The notes under the pieces were generated by a model that was given only the letters and a program-made list of their open reading frames with translations, was not told the origin of the DNA and did no database searches. From NCBI GenBank assembly GCA_963735805.1, contig CAVTMK010000002.1:736001-800000 (forward strand): a stretch of 64,000 nt of DNA, given 5' to 3'. Shown here one piece after another: positions 51,195 to 61,681 of this stretch; the first letter of the stretch is position 1; every line of letters starts with the position of its first letter. The position numbers were made by a program, and so were the translations under genes. Source of the stretch: an uncultured Verrucomicrobiae bacterium. Its GTDB lineage: Bacteria; Verrucomicrobiota; Verrucomicrobiia; Chthoniobacterales; UBA10450.

Positions 51195-53339
51195 CTATCT
51201 GCCTTCGTGGGATGCTCCTGCGGACGCTTTGCGTTTCTCTTGCTCATTGATGCCGATCTTGTTCAAGAACGGCTGAATCGATTGTTTGCGTCCGAGGAAT
51301 TTTTCGATGGAAACGTTGACGTCACGCGAATCGCCCGGCTCGTAGATTTCGCGGCGCAATTTCATGCCGGCTTGTTTGTCGAGGTAACCGTCCTTTGCTT
51401 TTTCGAACACCGTTGCCATATCCGCGGCGATTGCATCGGCCCACGCATAGCCGTAGTAACCCGCATCGTATCCATTCAGATGGCCAAAATAAGAAACGAA
51501 CGTTGTGCTCGGATCGATCGGTAGAAAAACCTTTTCAAGAATCGGATTTGAAGTGGCTACGCAATCGTAAGGTATGTCTTCAGCGTGTTGGTTGTGCAAC
51601 GCGAGATCGAGCGATGCGAACGCAAACTGACGGCGATAAAAAACACCAGCGTTGGCCAGTTTGGCGTCATTCATCTTTTTGATTATCTCCGCCGGAATCT
51701 TTTTCGATGGATCGCGATAATCGGCCGCAAACGTGTCGAGCACTTTTTTGTCCCAGACCCAGTTCTGCAGCATTTGCGACGGCGCCTCGACAAAATCGCC
51801 CGGCACATGTGTTCCGGCAAAACGACCGTACTTGGCGCGAGTGACGATCGAATGCAGAGCGTGGCCGAATTCGTGGAACAAGGTCTCGACTTCCTGATGC
51901 GTCAGGAGAGACGGCTTATCCGCTGTCGGGGGCGAAAAGTTGCAAAGCAAAGCGACGGTTGGCCGTTGGTACTTTCCATCCGGCAACAGTTTTCCGCTGA
52001 TAATTTCGAACTGGGCGAAGTGATTGAATTTTCCCTCCCGTGGAAACATATCGAGATAAAACATCCCCAGCGGTTCGCCCGTGCCGGAATCGGTCACCAT
52101 ATAAAGCTGGAGGTCGTTGGTCCATTTGTAGGGCGCGGCGATCTTCTCGAACTTCAAGCCGAAGATGCTCTGATAGATGTTGAACATGCCATCGAGCACC
52201 TTTTGGAATGGGAAATAGGCGCGCAAAGCCTCCTTATCGACGGCGTATTTTTGTTTGTCCCGCTGGTTTGCGTAATAGCGCCAGTCCCACACCTCGATTT
52301 TGGCGTTTGGATCGTTTGTGTCGGCGGCCTTTAATTTTTGTAATTCCGCTACTTCGCTTTCAAATTTGGGCTGAATTCCAGTAACCAACTCGTTAATGTA
52401 TTTTTCCGCGTTCGCGCCGCTCTTCGCCATTTTAACTTCAGTCTGATAATCGTCCCACGATTTGTAACCGAGGCGCAGCGCTATCTTATTACGCAGCGCG
52501 AGCATCTGGTTGAGAACAGGAACGTTGGCCTCCTTGGCGAGGGTTTCGCGAATGACATAAAGCTGTTTTCGCGTCGCTTCGCTTTTTGCATTCTCCTCGA
52601 CGGTATTAAATTGCCACGTGACATTTGCCATCACCGTGTAGGCATCGTCTCCGGTTCTGATACCAGGTGATGCGAAGAAGCTTTCAGGCAGTCCATTCAA
52701 ATCGGCCTTCGTAAAGATCACCGGCGCATTGGCCTTTACAATGTTGGTGTCGAAATCGGTCCCGAGTTTGGACAATTCCTTCCGCAACTGCTCAACTTCT
52801 TTACGTTGATCAGGCGGAAGATCTAAGCCGGCGCGGCGATAGTCGCGCAACGTTTCGTTCAGGAGTTTTTCATCTTCACCCGAAAGCTTCGGCCTGGTGT
52901 CAGCGAAAGCCCTGATTGCCTTGTAAACATCCTCGCGATAATCGACACCTACAGCCCACTCCTCGAAGACCTTTATGGCGTTCTCGGCGGCCGCGCGCAT
53001 TTCTGGGTTCGGGTTTGTTTCTTTAATGATCGTGGCCTTGTTCGCGGCAAGTCCAGCCTCGTAAGTAAGATCATCGAGCGCGACGACCGTGCTCTTAAAC
53101 GTGACCTTTTTCAGGTCTTGCGAGCCAATTTGATCCAATGCCTTGTTCGCCTTTGCGATGGCGATGTTCATCATTCCCTCGACCGCTTTCGGCGATTGCT
53201 CCCAATCCGGAAGCGTCAAGACGGCATTGGCTTTCGCTGCTGCGCTCCGAAAATCATCGACTGTTTTCAGTTCAGCAGCTGAACCAGTTGAACTTGAAGC
53301 GACGACAACAAATGACAGGAAAACAAACAGGAATTTCAT
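51195..53339 (-). CDS. M3 family oligopeptidase (thimet-like) with signal peptide
   Basis: FHEFGHALH, DFVEAPSQ, YDAGYYGY; start MKFLFVFLSF. Confidence 0.93.
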   Translation of the reverse strand: MKFLFVFLSFVVVASSSTGSAAELKTVDDFRSAAAKANAVLTLPDWEQSPKAVEGMMNIAIAKANKALDQIGSQDLKKVTFKSTVVALDDLTYEAGLAANKATIIKETNPNPEMRAAAENAIKVFEEWAVGVDYREDVYKAIRAFADTRPKLSGEDEKLLNETLRDYRRAGLDLPPDQRKEVEQLRKELSKLGTDFDTNIVKANAPVIFTKADLNGLPESFFASPGIRTGDDAYTVMANVTWQFNTVEENAKSEATRKQLYVIRETLAKEANVPVLNQMLALRNKIALRLGYKSWDDYQTEVKMAKSGANAEKYINELVTGIQPKFESEVAELQKLKAADTNDPNAKIEVWDWRYYANQRDKQKYAVDKEALRAYFPFQKVLDGMFNIYQSIFGLKFEKIAAPYKWTNDLQLYMVTDSGTGEPLGMFYLDMFPREGKFNHFAQFEIISGKLLPDGKYQRPTVALLCNFSPPTADKPSLLTHQEVETLFHEFGHALHSIVTRAKYGRFAGTHVPGDFVEAPSQMLQNWVWDKKVLDTFAADYRDPSKKIPAEIIKKMNDAKLANAGVFYRRQFAFASLDLALHNQHAEDIPYDCVATSNPILEKVFLPIDPSTTFVSYFGHLNGYDAGYYGYAWADAIAADMATVFEKAKDGYLDKQAGMKLRREIYEPGDSRDVNVSIEKFLGRKQSIQPFLNKIGINEQEKRKASAGASHEGR

Positions 53340-53456
53340 GGTGTTTGCAGTGGCCAACACCTTTAGGCGCGCGCTGCCGCAAAGGCAAGTTAACGCCGTT
53401 GCCCGTCTGGGCAGGTTGCGTTTAACGAATCCGCAAGCTAAGAAGCGGGCGCCACC

Positions 53457-54032
53457 ATGGTCCAAAAATTCTTTCTCGCTTTTATTCCGATCTTTGTCGC
53501 GATCGATCCAATAGGACTCGTGGCGATATTCATGGGGCTCGCGTCCAGCGCTCCGCCGGAGCAGCGTAAACACCAGGCAGCTCTCGGAATCTTCACAGCT
53601 TTGTGCGTAGCGATCGGATTTGTTTTTCTCGGTGAAATTACTTTCGACGCGCTTGGAATCACGGACGCGGACTTTCAAGTCGCGGGCGGCCTGATTTTGC
53701 TTGCTTTGGCAGGGCGCGAGTTGCTCAATGTCGGGCCGTCCAGCCACGGCGGTAGCAGTGAATTCGGAATTGTACCACTTGGGATGCCGTTGATCGCTGG
53801 GCCGGCATTGTTGACAGCCCTGCTCGTTTTGGTCGATTCAGTGGGTTTGGTATTCACACTGATTTCGCTTCTGGTTAATCTCGCTTTGGTCGCATTGGCG
53901 TTCTGGAATGCAGATCGGTTCGCACGCTGGATGGGCATGCAAGGATTACGCGGTGTGTCGAAGATAGTCGCGCTCCTTCTAGCCGCGATTGCCGTCAGCC
54001 TCATCCGGCGCGGCTGGAACACGCCAGCCTGA
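53457..54032 (+). CDS. MarC family membrane protein
   Basis: DPIG, FQVAGG, VPLGMPLIAGP. Confidence 0.92.
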   Translation: MVQKFFLAFIPIFVAIDPIGLVAIFMGLASSAPPEQRKHQAALGIFTALCVAIGFVFLGEITFDALGITDADFQVAGGLILLALAGRELLNVGPSSHGGSSEFGIVPLGMPLIAGPALLTALLVLVDSVGLVFTLISLLVNLALVALAFWNADRFARWMGMQGLRGVSKIVALLLAAIAVSLIRRGWNTPA

Positions 54033-54076
54033 CTGACTATTGGGACAAACTGGCCTTTATAAGAAAGGTTTTGGTT

Positions 54077-54095
54077 CCGGCGGATCGCCGGTTTT
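54077..54095 (+). terminator. Possible intrinsic terminator between convergent genes
   Basis: CCGGCG-GAT-CGCCGG followed by TTTT. Confidence 0.4.
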
Positions 54096-54118
54096 CATCA
54101 CTTCGATATTAGTCGAAG

Positions 54119-54514
54119 TCAAAAAATCGTTTCTGGACCGCTGGCAATATGTCTGCGCGATGAGGGCCAGAATTCTTTCAATTCCGCGGTCTTATCACCG
54201 TGCTGATAACGCCAATTCAACTCAACTTCGATCGACTTGATCTCGTCTTGCGAAGGCTGGGCTTGTCCGTGGTAAATATACGCGGGTACGCCCTGTCGAG
54301 ACTCAGTAAGCGGAGTCATTCCGTAGAGTTCGATTCGGCGTTGCTGCAATTGTGCAGTGCTCCAATTCCGGTACGCTGGGTTGCGGTAACCCCACACTTC
54401 CGCCGTGGTAGCATAGCGGGAGTAGGTGTAACCGGTCGTCATTGCAGGTGGCGCGGATTGTTCAGCGCAACCTATCAGACCAACAGCAAACACCGCTAAC
54501 AAGAATTGTTTCAT
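54119..54514 (-). CDS. Hypothetical lipoprotein
   Basis: MKQFLLAVFAVGLIG-C lipobox; GGGAGG RBS upstream. Confidence 0.7.
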   Translation of the reverse strand: MKQFLLAVFAVGLIGCAEQSAPPAMTTGYTYSRYATTAEVWGYRNPAYRNWSTAQLQQRRIELYGMTPLTESRQGVPAYIYHGQAQPSQDEIKSIEVELNWRYQHGDKTAELKEFWPSSRRHIASGPETIF

Positions 54515-54702
54515 ATTGTGTGACCTCCCATAGTTGGTTTTTAGAGACTCACTTACGAGGTATTTAACCACATAAATCACACATAGTCGCGTGTTTATTT
54601 TACATCTTGGGTGACGCCCGCTTATTTTTGTCACCGGCCCAGAGTCCAAACGAGCTGCCACACTCGATTCAGTCTACAAAACTGGGCGCTTCAGTCGTGT
54701 CA

Positions 54703-54730
54703 TTGACACTCTAGAACGTCCTGTTACTAT
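54703..54730 (+). promoter_or_regulatory. Sigma70-type promoter for hpnH-shc
   Basis: TTGACA-16 nt-TACTAT, 10 nt before the ATG. Confidence 0.6.
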
Positions 54731-54740
54731 CCTCGCTCGA

Positions 54741-56030
54741 ATGAGATTTCCTTTACCGTTGACAGCGAAAATCGCAGCGTACGTGATTGGGCATAAGTTA
54801 CGTGGCACGAAGAAATTTGCCACGGTGCTTCAGCTTGAGCCGCTGCACACTTGTAATCTCACATGCACGGGTTGCGGGAGAATTCGAGAGTACTCCACGT
54901 CGCTCAAGGACATGATGAGCTTGGAGGACTGTCTGGGGGCGGCAAACGAGTGCAACGCACCGATGGTTTCCATCTGCGGCGGCGAACCCCTTATCTATCC
55001 GCAAATCGAGGCGTTGGTTGAAGGGCTGCTCGCGCAGAAGCGGATCGTTTACATCTGTACCAACGCCATGTTTATGCGCAAGAAGATGCGCGAGTGGATG
55101 GCCTCGCAGTTGGCCGCAAGATCGGAATTTGTCGAAGAAAAAATCACCGCGTTATTCGGTGCGGGACTGCTGAGCGAAAAAGATGCGGCCGAAATTCGCA
55201 AGGGACCAAAGGACCCGGCAAAGCCAACTATTGGTCCAACCAAATGGATGTATTGGAACGTGCATCTAGATGGCTTAGAGCGAACACACGACCTGATCGT
55301 CGAACGCGAAGGCGTCTTCAAGGAATGCATTCTCGCAATCAAAATGGCGAAGCTGCTCGGCTATCAAGTGGCGACGAACGCAACGATTTACAAGGAAACC
55401 GATATGCAGGAGATCGAACAGATGTTCGATTATCTTTCCGATCTTGGCGTGGATGGTCACACGATCACCCCTGGATACGATTACGACGCCGCCAAGAAAG
55501 ATATGATCAAGAGGCTCAAACTGCGCCCGGAAAACTTCTTTCTTACCCGCGCAATGACCGTCGAGAAGTTCCAAAAAGTCGAGGATTGGATGAGTCGTTA
55601 TACCTTTCTGGGGACGCCGATCTATTTCGAGTTTCTTGCCGGAAAGCGTGATCTCACATGTTCGGCATGGGCGATTCCGACGCGAAATATCCGTGGCTGG
55701 AAAGGACCGTGTTATTTGATGACCGACGGGCACTACTCGAGCTATGCGGAGTTGCTGGAAAAGACGACATGGGACCGATATGGCGTCGTGAACGGAGTCG
55801 CGCGCGATAGCCGTTGCGAAAACTGCATGGTGCATTGCGGTTACGAGCCGACGGCGACTTTGGGGCTGCAAGCACAACGAGGAGACACCTGGAAAACGAT
55901 CAAGTTCAATTTCGGTTCAAGACCGAAACCCTCTGGCCGTGGCAGCGAAGTGCTCGCCTTCAATGGCGTGAGCTCCGGCAACGGGCACCTGACAGGGAAA
56001 GGCGCAGAAGTTACAGCCAAGGCCTCGTAA
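54741..56030 (+). CDS. hpnH: Hopanoid radical SAM adenosylhopane synthase
   Basis: LEPLHTCNLTCTGC, VHLDG, PCYL, CENCMVHCGYE; adjacent to shc. Confidence 0.9.
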   Translation: MRFPLPLTAKIAAYVIGHKLRGTKKFATVLQLEPLHTCNLTCTGCGRIREYSTSLKDMMSLEDCLGAANECNAPMVSICGGEPLIYPQIEALVEGLLAQKRIVYICTNAMFMRKKMREWMASQLAARSEFVEEKITALFGAGLLSEKDAAEIRKGPKDPAKPTIGPTKWMYWNVHLDGLERTHDLIVEREGVFKECILAIKMAKLLGYQVATNATIYKETDMQEIEQMFDYLSDLGVDGHTITPGYDYDAAKKDMIKRLKLRPENFFLTRAMTVEKFQKVEDWMSRYTFLGTPIYFEFLAGKRDLTCSAWAIPTRNIRGWKGPCYLMTDGHYSSYAELLEKTTWDRYGVVNGVARDSRCENCMVHCGYEPTATLGLQAQRGDTWKTIKFNFGSRPKPSGRGSEVLAFNGVSSGNGHLTGKGAEVTAKAS

Positions 56031-56044
56031 GGATTAGGACCTGC

Positions 56045-58045
56045 ATGCCGGAATTTTCGAAGAAGCTCATTGCGTTGCCGAGCGCGCGACCTGAAATATC
56101 GGAATACTATTCGGCGAACGACGAAGAAATCGCGGGCGCGATCGCCCGCGCGCAAGAGAATTTGTTGCGCCAGCAAAAGCCAGATGGCCATTGGTGCGGG
56201 GAGCTGATTGTCGATAGCACTCTCTGCTCGGATTATATCCTTTTCATGCATTGGTGCGGCGAAGTGGACGCTCAATTGCAGCGGCGTTGCGTGCATCACA
56301 TTCTCAAACGCCAATTGTCGGACGGAGGATGGAACATTTATCATGGCGGCCCGAGCGAGATTAATGCGTCAGCCAAAGCGTATTTTGCGCTGAAGCTTGC
56401 CGGCTGTTCGGTGGACGCGCCATTTATGCAGGAGGCGCGCGCGACCATCATGCGGCTCGGCGGTATTCCGCAGATGAACACGTTTAGCAAGCTTTACCTT
56501 GCCTTGCTGGGCCAGTTTCCATGGAAATACCTACCGGCGATCCCGGTGGAAATGGTTCTCCTGCCAAAGTGGGCGCCGTTTCATATTTGCAAAATGTCGT
56601 CATGGAGCCGGGCCATGCTTATCCCCCTGGCGATTATTAACCATTTCAAGCCGACTCGTATTTTGCCCGGCGAAAAGCAATTACACGAACTCTATCCTCT
56701 CGGCACAGAGCAAAGCGATTTGCGTTTGCCCCGCAGCGAACCTTTCTGGACCTGGCGCAATTTTTTTCTTCGACTCGACGACACTCTCAAATTCATGCAG
56801 CCGCTGCGCATGCGCCCGCTGCGCCGGCGAGCTTTGGAAGAGGCGGAGCGGTGGATGCTCGAGCGGATCGGTGAGGGTAGTGATGGTCTCGCGGCGGTGT
56901 TTCCCGCGATGCTAAATTGCTTAATCGCACTGCGAGCTCTCGGCTACTCAAAAACAAATCCAGTTTATGCTAAAGCGAATAAAGACTTCGCCGGACTGTT
57001 CGTTGACGATCCGGAGGACTTCCGTATCCAACCGTGTCTGTCGCCGATCTGGGACACTGCAATCACTATTATTTCACTGGCGGAATCAGGCCTTCCTTGC
57101 AAGCATCCTGCGCTTCAAAAGGCCGCTGATTGGCTCGTCAACAAAGAAGTACGTATTCGCGGTGATTGGTCGGCAAACAATTCATATCCGCAAGCCAGCG
57201 GATGGGCGTTCGAATACAACAACGTTTATTACCCCGACACCGATGATACAGCGATGGTGCTGATGGCGCTGCGGTTGGTCGAGCCAAAGGATCCACAGGC
57301 GCTCAATACAATCTTTCGCCGCGCATTGGATTGGCAGCTCAGTTTTCAATGTCGCGATGGTGGTTGGGCGGCGTTTGATAAAGACGTGACCACGCCTTGG
57401 CTGGAAGACATGCCGTTTGCCGATCACAATGCGATTCTCGATCCAACCTGCAGTGATCTTACCGCGCGCACACTCGAGCTGCTCGGTTACATTGGATTCG
57501 ATCCTGCGACGCGGTCTGTCCGCGACGCCCTGGAATATCTTATCGACACTCAGGACGAGGACGGCTCTTGGTATGGGCGCTGGGGCGTCAACTACATCTA
57601 CGGCACCTGGCAGGTGCTGCGCGGTTTACGCGCCATTGGCCAGGACATGACGCAGGACTGGATATTGCGCGGCCGCGATTGGCTTGAAAGTTGTCAGAAT
57701 AGCGATGGTGGTTGGGGTGAGACTTGTGCTACCTACGAAAATCCATCGACCAAAGGCATCGGCCAAAGCACGGCGTCGCAAACGGCATGGGCGATCATGG
57801 GCATTTGCGCGTGTGGCGATCTCGATCGACCAAGTATTCAGCGTGGCCTACGATTCCTGCTCAGTTCGCAAAAATCCGATGGCTCCTGGGATGAAGAGCA
57901 AATCACGGGCACCGGTTTTCCCCGAGTGTTCTATTTGAAGTACGACATGTATCGCCAGAACTTTCCCCTGCTCGCGCTCGCAACCTACGTCAATTATCGT
58001 AGTGGCCGGGGACACCGTCCCGGTTTTTATCGCAGTGATCGTTAG
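56045..58045 (+). CDS. shc: Squalene-hopene cyclase
   Basis: YPDTDDTA, QW repeats, WYGRWGVNYIYG, TGTGFP. Confidence 0.97.
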   Translation: MPEFSKKLIALPSARPEISEYYSANDEEIAGAIARAQENLLRQQKPDGHWCGELIVDSTLCSDYILFMHWCGEVDAQLQRRCVHHILKRQLSDGGWNIYHGGPSEINASAKAYFALKLAGCSVDAPFMQEARATIMRLGGIPQMNTFSKLYLALLGQFPWKYLPAIPVEMVLLPKWAPFHICKMSSWSRAMLIPLAIINHFKPTRILPGEKQLHELYPLGTEQSDLRLPRSEPFWTWRNFFLRLDDTLKFMQPLRMRPLRRRALEEAERWMLERIGEGSDGLAAVFPAMLNCLIALRALGYSKTNPVYAKANKDFAGLFVDDPEDFRIQPCLSPIWDTAITIISLAESGLPCKHPALQKAADWLVNKEVRIRGDWSANNSYPQASGWAFEYNNVYYPDTDDTAMVLMALRLVEPKDPQALNTIFRRALDWQLSFQCRDGGWAAFDKDVTTPWLEDMPFADHNAILDPTCSDLTARTLELLGYIGFDPATRSVRDALEYLIDTQDEDGSWYGRWGVNYIYGTWQVLRGLRAIGQDMTQDWILRGRDWLESCQNSDGGWGETCATYENPSTKGIGQSTASQTAWAIMGICACGDLDRPSIQRGLRFLLSSQKSDGSWDEEQITGTGFPRVFYLKYDMYRQNFPLLALATYVNYRSGRGHRPGFYRSDR

Positions 58046-58134
58046 GGCGCGAGCACTCGGCAGACTGCTTCGAGCCCGATTGCGCGAAAAATAAAACCTG
58101 TCGCACGGCGTAATTCGATCTAACTGTAAGTATT

Positions 58135-58734
58135 ATGGCTTACGAACTACCAAAATTACCTTATTCGTACGATGCTTTGGAACCGCATATCGATGCGCAG
58201 ACGATGGAAATCCATTACACCAAGCATCATCAGGCGTACGTCAACAACCTGAACAACGCAGTCAAAGGCAAAGCCGATCTCGAAAAGAAGTCGGTGGAAG
58301 AGTTGATCAGCGATCTCAAATCGGTACCCGAAGACATTCGCACGGTCGTGCGGAACAACGGCGGCGGTCATGCAAATCATTCGTTTTTTTGGAAAATCAT
58401 GGGACCGAATGCGGGCGGCGAACCGAAAGGCAAACTGGCCGATGACATCAAATCAACGTTCGGCAGCTTCAACGATTTCAAAGAGAAATTTGCCGCTGCG
58501 GGCGCGGGACGTTTTGGCAGCGGCTGGGCGTGGCTGATAAAGAATAAGAACGGCAAGCTCGAGATCATTTCGACCCCAAATCAGGACAGCCCTCTGATGG
58601 ATGGCAATACGCCGATCCTCGGTGTCGACGTTTGGGAGCATGCTTATTATCTCAAGTATCAAAACCGCCGGCCCGATTACCTCAAAGCCTGGTGGAACGT
58701 GGTTAATTGGGACGCGGTAGCGAAGAATTATTGA
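58135..58734 (+). CDS. sodA: Mn/Fe superoxide dismutase (Mn-type residues)
   Basis: [26 protein letters not shown]. Confidence 0.95.
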   Translation: MAYELPKLPYSYDALEPHIDAQTMEIHYTKHHQAYVNNLNNAVKGKADLEKKSVEELISDLKSVPEDIRTVVRNNGGGHANHSFFWKIMGPNAGGEPKGKLADDIKSTFGSFNDFKEKFAAAGAGRFGSGWAWLIKNKNGKLEIISTPNQDSPLMDGNTPILGVDVWEHAYYLKYQNRRPDYLKAWWNVVNWDAVAKNY

Positions 58735-58754
58735 TTAGCCTTTGATGAGTTCAG

Positions 58755-58822
58755 TTGTAGCGGCGGTCTATGACCGCCGCTACAACTTGTACGCGTTTAG
58801 CGGTCAGAGATCGGCGCTACAA
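58755..58822. repeat. GTAG-type REP cluster
   Basis: Hairpin TTGTAGCGGCGGTC-TAT-GACCGCCGCTACAA plus inverted unit CGGTCAGAGATCGGCGCTACAA. Confidence 0.7.
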
Positions 58823-58826
58823 GTAT

Positions 58827-60059
58827 ATGGCTTATCTAAACGAAAATTATCTTAAACTTCAGGCTGGCTATCTTTTTCCCGAAGTGGCCAGGCGGGTTCG
58901 CGAATTTTGCGAAGCTAATCCAGCCGCAGCCAAGCGATTGATTCGCTGCGGAATCGGGGACGTCACCGAGCCGCTGCCGCGAGCGGCAGTCGATGCAATG
59001 AAGCGGGCTGTCGAAGAGCTTGGAGATCGCGAGACGTTTCGCGGTTATGGTCCGGAACACGGCTACGAATTTTTAAGATCGGTTATCGCCCGGCACGATT
59101 ATCGCGACCGCAACATCGAAATTGCCGACGACGAAATCTTTGTCTCTGACGGCTCAAAATGCGATTGCGGTCACGTTCTTGATATTCTTGGGGATCAAAA
59201 CAAGGTCGCGGTGCCGGACCCCGTTTATCCAGTCTATGTCGATACGAACGTGATGGCAGGACACAGCGGCCCGTCAGGAAAAGATGGGCGGTACGAGGGA
59301 ATTTTCTATTTGCCGTGCACGGCTGAAAACGGATTTGTTCCCGACCCACCGCCGGAACACGCAGACCTTGTTTATCTTTGTTTTCCCAATAATCCAACCG
59401 GAGCGGTTGCATCGCGTGAACAACTCTCGCGGTGGGTCGATTACGCCCGTGAGCACGAAGCGCTGCTGCTCTTCGATGCCGCATACGAAGCCTATATTTC
59501 TGAGGCGAACATTCCGCGTTCCATTTTTGAAATTCCGGGAGCGCGGGAGTGCGCGATGGAATTTCGCAGTTTCTCCAAGAGCGGCGGGTTCACCGGCGTA
59601 CGCTGCGGGTTTACAGTCCTGCCGAAATCCGTAATGGCGCGGACAGAGAACGATCGCCGACTTCCCCTTCATCCGCTCTGGCAACGGCGTTGGAGCACGA
59701 AATCGAACAGCGTGAATTACCCAGTGCAGCGCGGAGCCGAGGCGCTCTATTCACCTGAAGGCCGCAAACAATCTCGCGCGCTGATTGAGCATTACATGGA
59801 GAACGCCAAGATTCTTCGGAGCGCAGCGGCAAACGCCGGCCTTGACGTTTTCGGCGGTGTTAACGCGCCTTACATCTGGGTGAAAACGCCGAACGGCTTA
59901 ACAAGTTGGCAAATGTTTGATCGGATGCTGAGGGAGTTCAACGTCGTCATCACGCCTGGCGCCGGTTTTGGCGCACAAGGCGAAGGTTATGTTCGCATTT
60001 CGGCGTTCAACAGTCGTGAGAATGCGGAGGAAGTCGCCCACCGGTTGCAGACGGTGTAG
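58827..60059 (+). CDS. dapL: LL-diaminopimelate aminotransferase
   Basis: [43 protein letters not shown]. Confidence 0.95.
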   Translation: MAYLNENYLKLQAGYLFPEVARRVREFCEANPAAAKRLIRCGIGDVTEPLPRAAVDAMKRAVEELGDRETFRGYGPEHGYEFLRSVIARHDYRDRNIEIADDEIFVSDGSKCDCGHVLDILGDQNKVAVPDPVYPVYVDTNVMAGHSGPSGKDGRYEGIFYLPCTAENGFVPDPPPEHADLVYLCFPNNPTGAVASREQLSRWVDYAREHEALLLFDAAYEAYISEANIPRSIFEIPGARECAMEFRSFSKSGGFTGVRCGFTVLPKSVMARTENDRRLPLHPLWQRRWSTKSNSVNYPVQRGAEALYSPEGRKQSRALIEHYMENAKILRSAAANAGLDVFGGVNAPYIWVKTPNGLTSWQMFDRMLREFNVVITPGAGFGAQGEGYVRISAFNSRENAEEVAHRLQTV

Positions 60060-60173
60060 CGGCCTTCTCTCAAGGCAACTGCGTGTCTCATGTAAGATAA
60101 GACAATCACTTCTTGTCGATGGTAGTGAGCCGCGTAGAGTGCGCTGAATTTTGCAACCACGAAGGATGGGAGA

Positions 60174-60656
60174 GTGTCGGATCGAAAGCAAAATTTGCCA
60201 CAACTGTATCGTTTTTGTTTCTTGATGCTGGGCGACTCGCGCAAGGCGCAGGAGGTCTTTAACACGACCTTGCGCGAAGCGGGTTTGCGCGCTGCACGGG
60301 GAGAATTGCCCAGGGAACCTTTTTGGCTTTTTCGCGAGGCCCGCTGGCTCTGCTTGGAAGCCAGTAAGACGGATCTGCAACCGGAATCGCTCGAAATCGA
60401 AGAACGCGACATTGCTCCACAGGCAGCGTCACAGATCAAGGGGCTCGAGCCTGCGCAACTGGCAATTTGGATTTCGGCCGCCCCCGATCCCCAGAGGACC
60501 GCGCTGGCACTTTTTTATCTGGACGAATTTGATTACCTCGAAATTCTCGACATCACCGAGCTCAAGTTGAGCACGCTGTCGCGATGCTTGTCGCAGGGGC
60601 GGCGACAGTTGCAGGCCTGGCTGGACGCCAAGCACGCCGGAGCACCCAAGCCATGA
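60174..60656 (+). CDS. Divergent ECF sigma factor-like protein
   Basis: LYRFCFLMLGD..AQEV (region 2-like), WLFREAR, QRTALALFY..EI...LSQGRRQL (region 4-like). Confidence 0.7.
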   Translation: MSDRKQNLPQLYRFCFLMLGDSRKAQEVFNTTLREAGLRAARGELPREPFWLFREARWLCLEASKTDLQPESLEIEERDIAPQAASQIKGLEPAQLAIWISAAPDPQRTALALFYLDEFDYLEILDITELKLSTLSRCLSQGRRQLQAWLDAKHAGAPKP

Positions 60657-61432
60657 GGGGCCTGCAGTTATTACGTCGGCGCCGCGCTCTTTTGAATTGC
60701 GCGCCAATCAGACAGGACCATTTGACTGATCGTTCCATGCGCGTTGCGGTATCGCGTGAAGATGGCTCCGAGGAATTTGTTAATCAACAGAACTTCGATC
60801 GAGCCGTGGCGGAACTGGTTCATCTCGTTCCGATTCCTCCTGAATCCGCTGAATGGTTCTCAGACAAGGAGGCGATTCGCGCTCCGAAATGGACATGGAA
60901 AAGAATCCTGCTCAATCCTGTCGTCCTCGCGATTAGTATTGCAGTGGTGGTGATCGCGGGCGTGTTTGTGTTCAACCTGATTGGCCGGTTGAATGATTTC
61001 CCGGGATCGGCGACGGCTCGGAAATTATTGACTGTCGCTGGCTCCACGCGATCGGTCATGCTCGATCCGGTGAGCGCTGAAGCAGGGACGTTGAGCGATT
61101 TATTTTTTATGAAACACGGCCTGGAACATTATGACGTTCCGGAAGAATTCGCGGATTTTCGCACGATCGGCTGCCGGGTTTTCGACGATGAGGAGTCGCG
61201 CCGCATTGCGCAGATCTGGGTGTCCGAGAAACAGATGCAGTTTTTCCTTTTTCCAGCAGAGCGAGACAGCAAGACCGGGGCCGTAACGGCGTTTCCGGGC
61301 TGGCGTTATGTTCATCAGGAAGGATGGGTAGGGGCAGTCAGCGAACACGACGGCGTCTGCTTCATGGCCGCGCTCCGGGGCCGTGAGAAAGAGCTGAAGC
61401 CGTATATTTCCGGGTCGAAGCAGCAACAATAG
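60653..61432 (+). CDS. Single-TM protein, putative anti-sigma factor
   Basis: ATGA-coupled to the sigma-like gene; cytoplasmic N-terminus, one TM, extracytoplasmic domain. Confidence 0.55.
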   Translation: MRGLQLLRRRRALLNCAPIRQDHLTDRSMRVAVSREDGSEEFVNQQNFDRAVAELVHLVPIPPESAEWFSDKEAIRAPKWTWKRILLNPVVLAISIAVVVIAGVFVFNLIGRLNDFPGSATARKLLTVAGSTRSVMLDPVSAEAGTLSDLFFMKHGLEHYDVPEEFADFRTIGCRVFDDEESRRIAQIWVSEKQMQFFLFPAERDSKTGAVTAFPGWRYVHQEGWVGAVSEHDGVCFMAALRGREKELKPYISGSKQQQ

Positions 61433-61593
61433 TCTTGCCTGCCGGCTCTTCTCTTACTCGTCCCGGTTTGCTTGGATATGGTTGCCTGAAGAACCAACAG
61501 GACGAACAAACCAAAGAGTAGAAGGCGGGTTTGGCGATTGCGCTCGCGTTGACACCGCTAGCGACGCCATGGAACTTTGTCGCCGCTGATTTT

Positions 61594-61643
61594 GCCAGGT
61601 AGCTCAGTGGTAGAGCAGCCCCGAAAGCATTCGGGGTTGGTCG
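61594..61643 (+). repeat. 5' tRNA half-copy with anticodon arm replaced by 18-bp palindrome
   Basis: GCCAGG-TAGCTCAGTGGTAGAGCAG-[CCCCGAAAGCATTCGGGG]-TTGGTCG, matching the tRNA at 61682 on both sides of the bracket. Confidence 0.9.
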
Positions 61644-61681
61644 TTTAAGGGAAATTCACTAAGCTTTTGCGCAAACAAAGA

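Noticed and set aside
54515..54700. AT-rich stretch as foreign DNA or ncRNA
   Set aside because: Short, lies between divergent genes and is adequately explained as promoter region.
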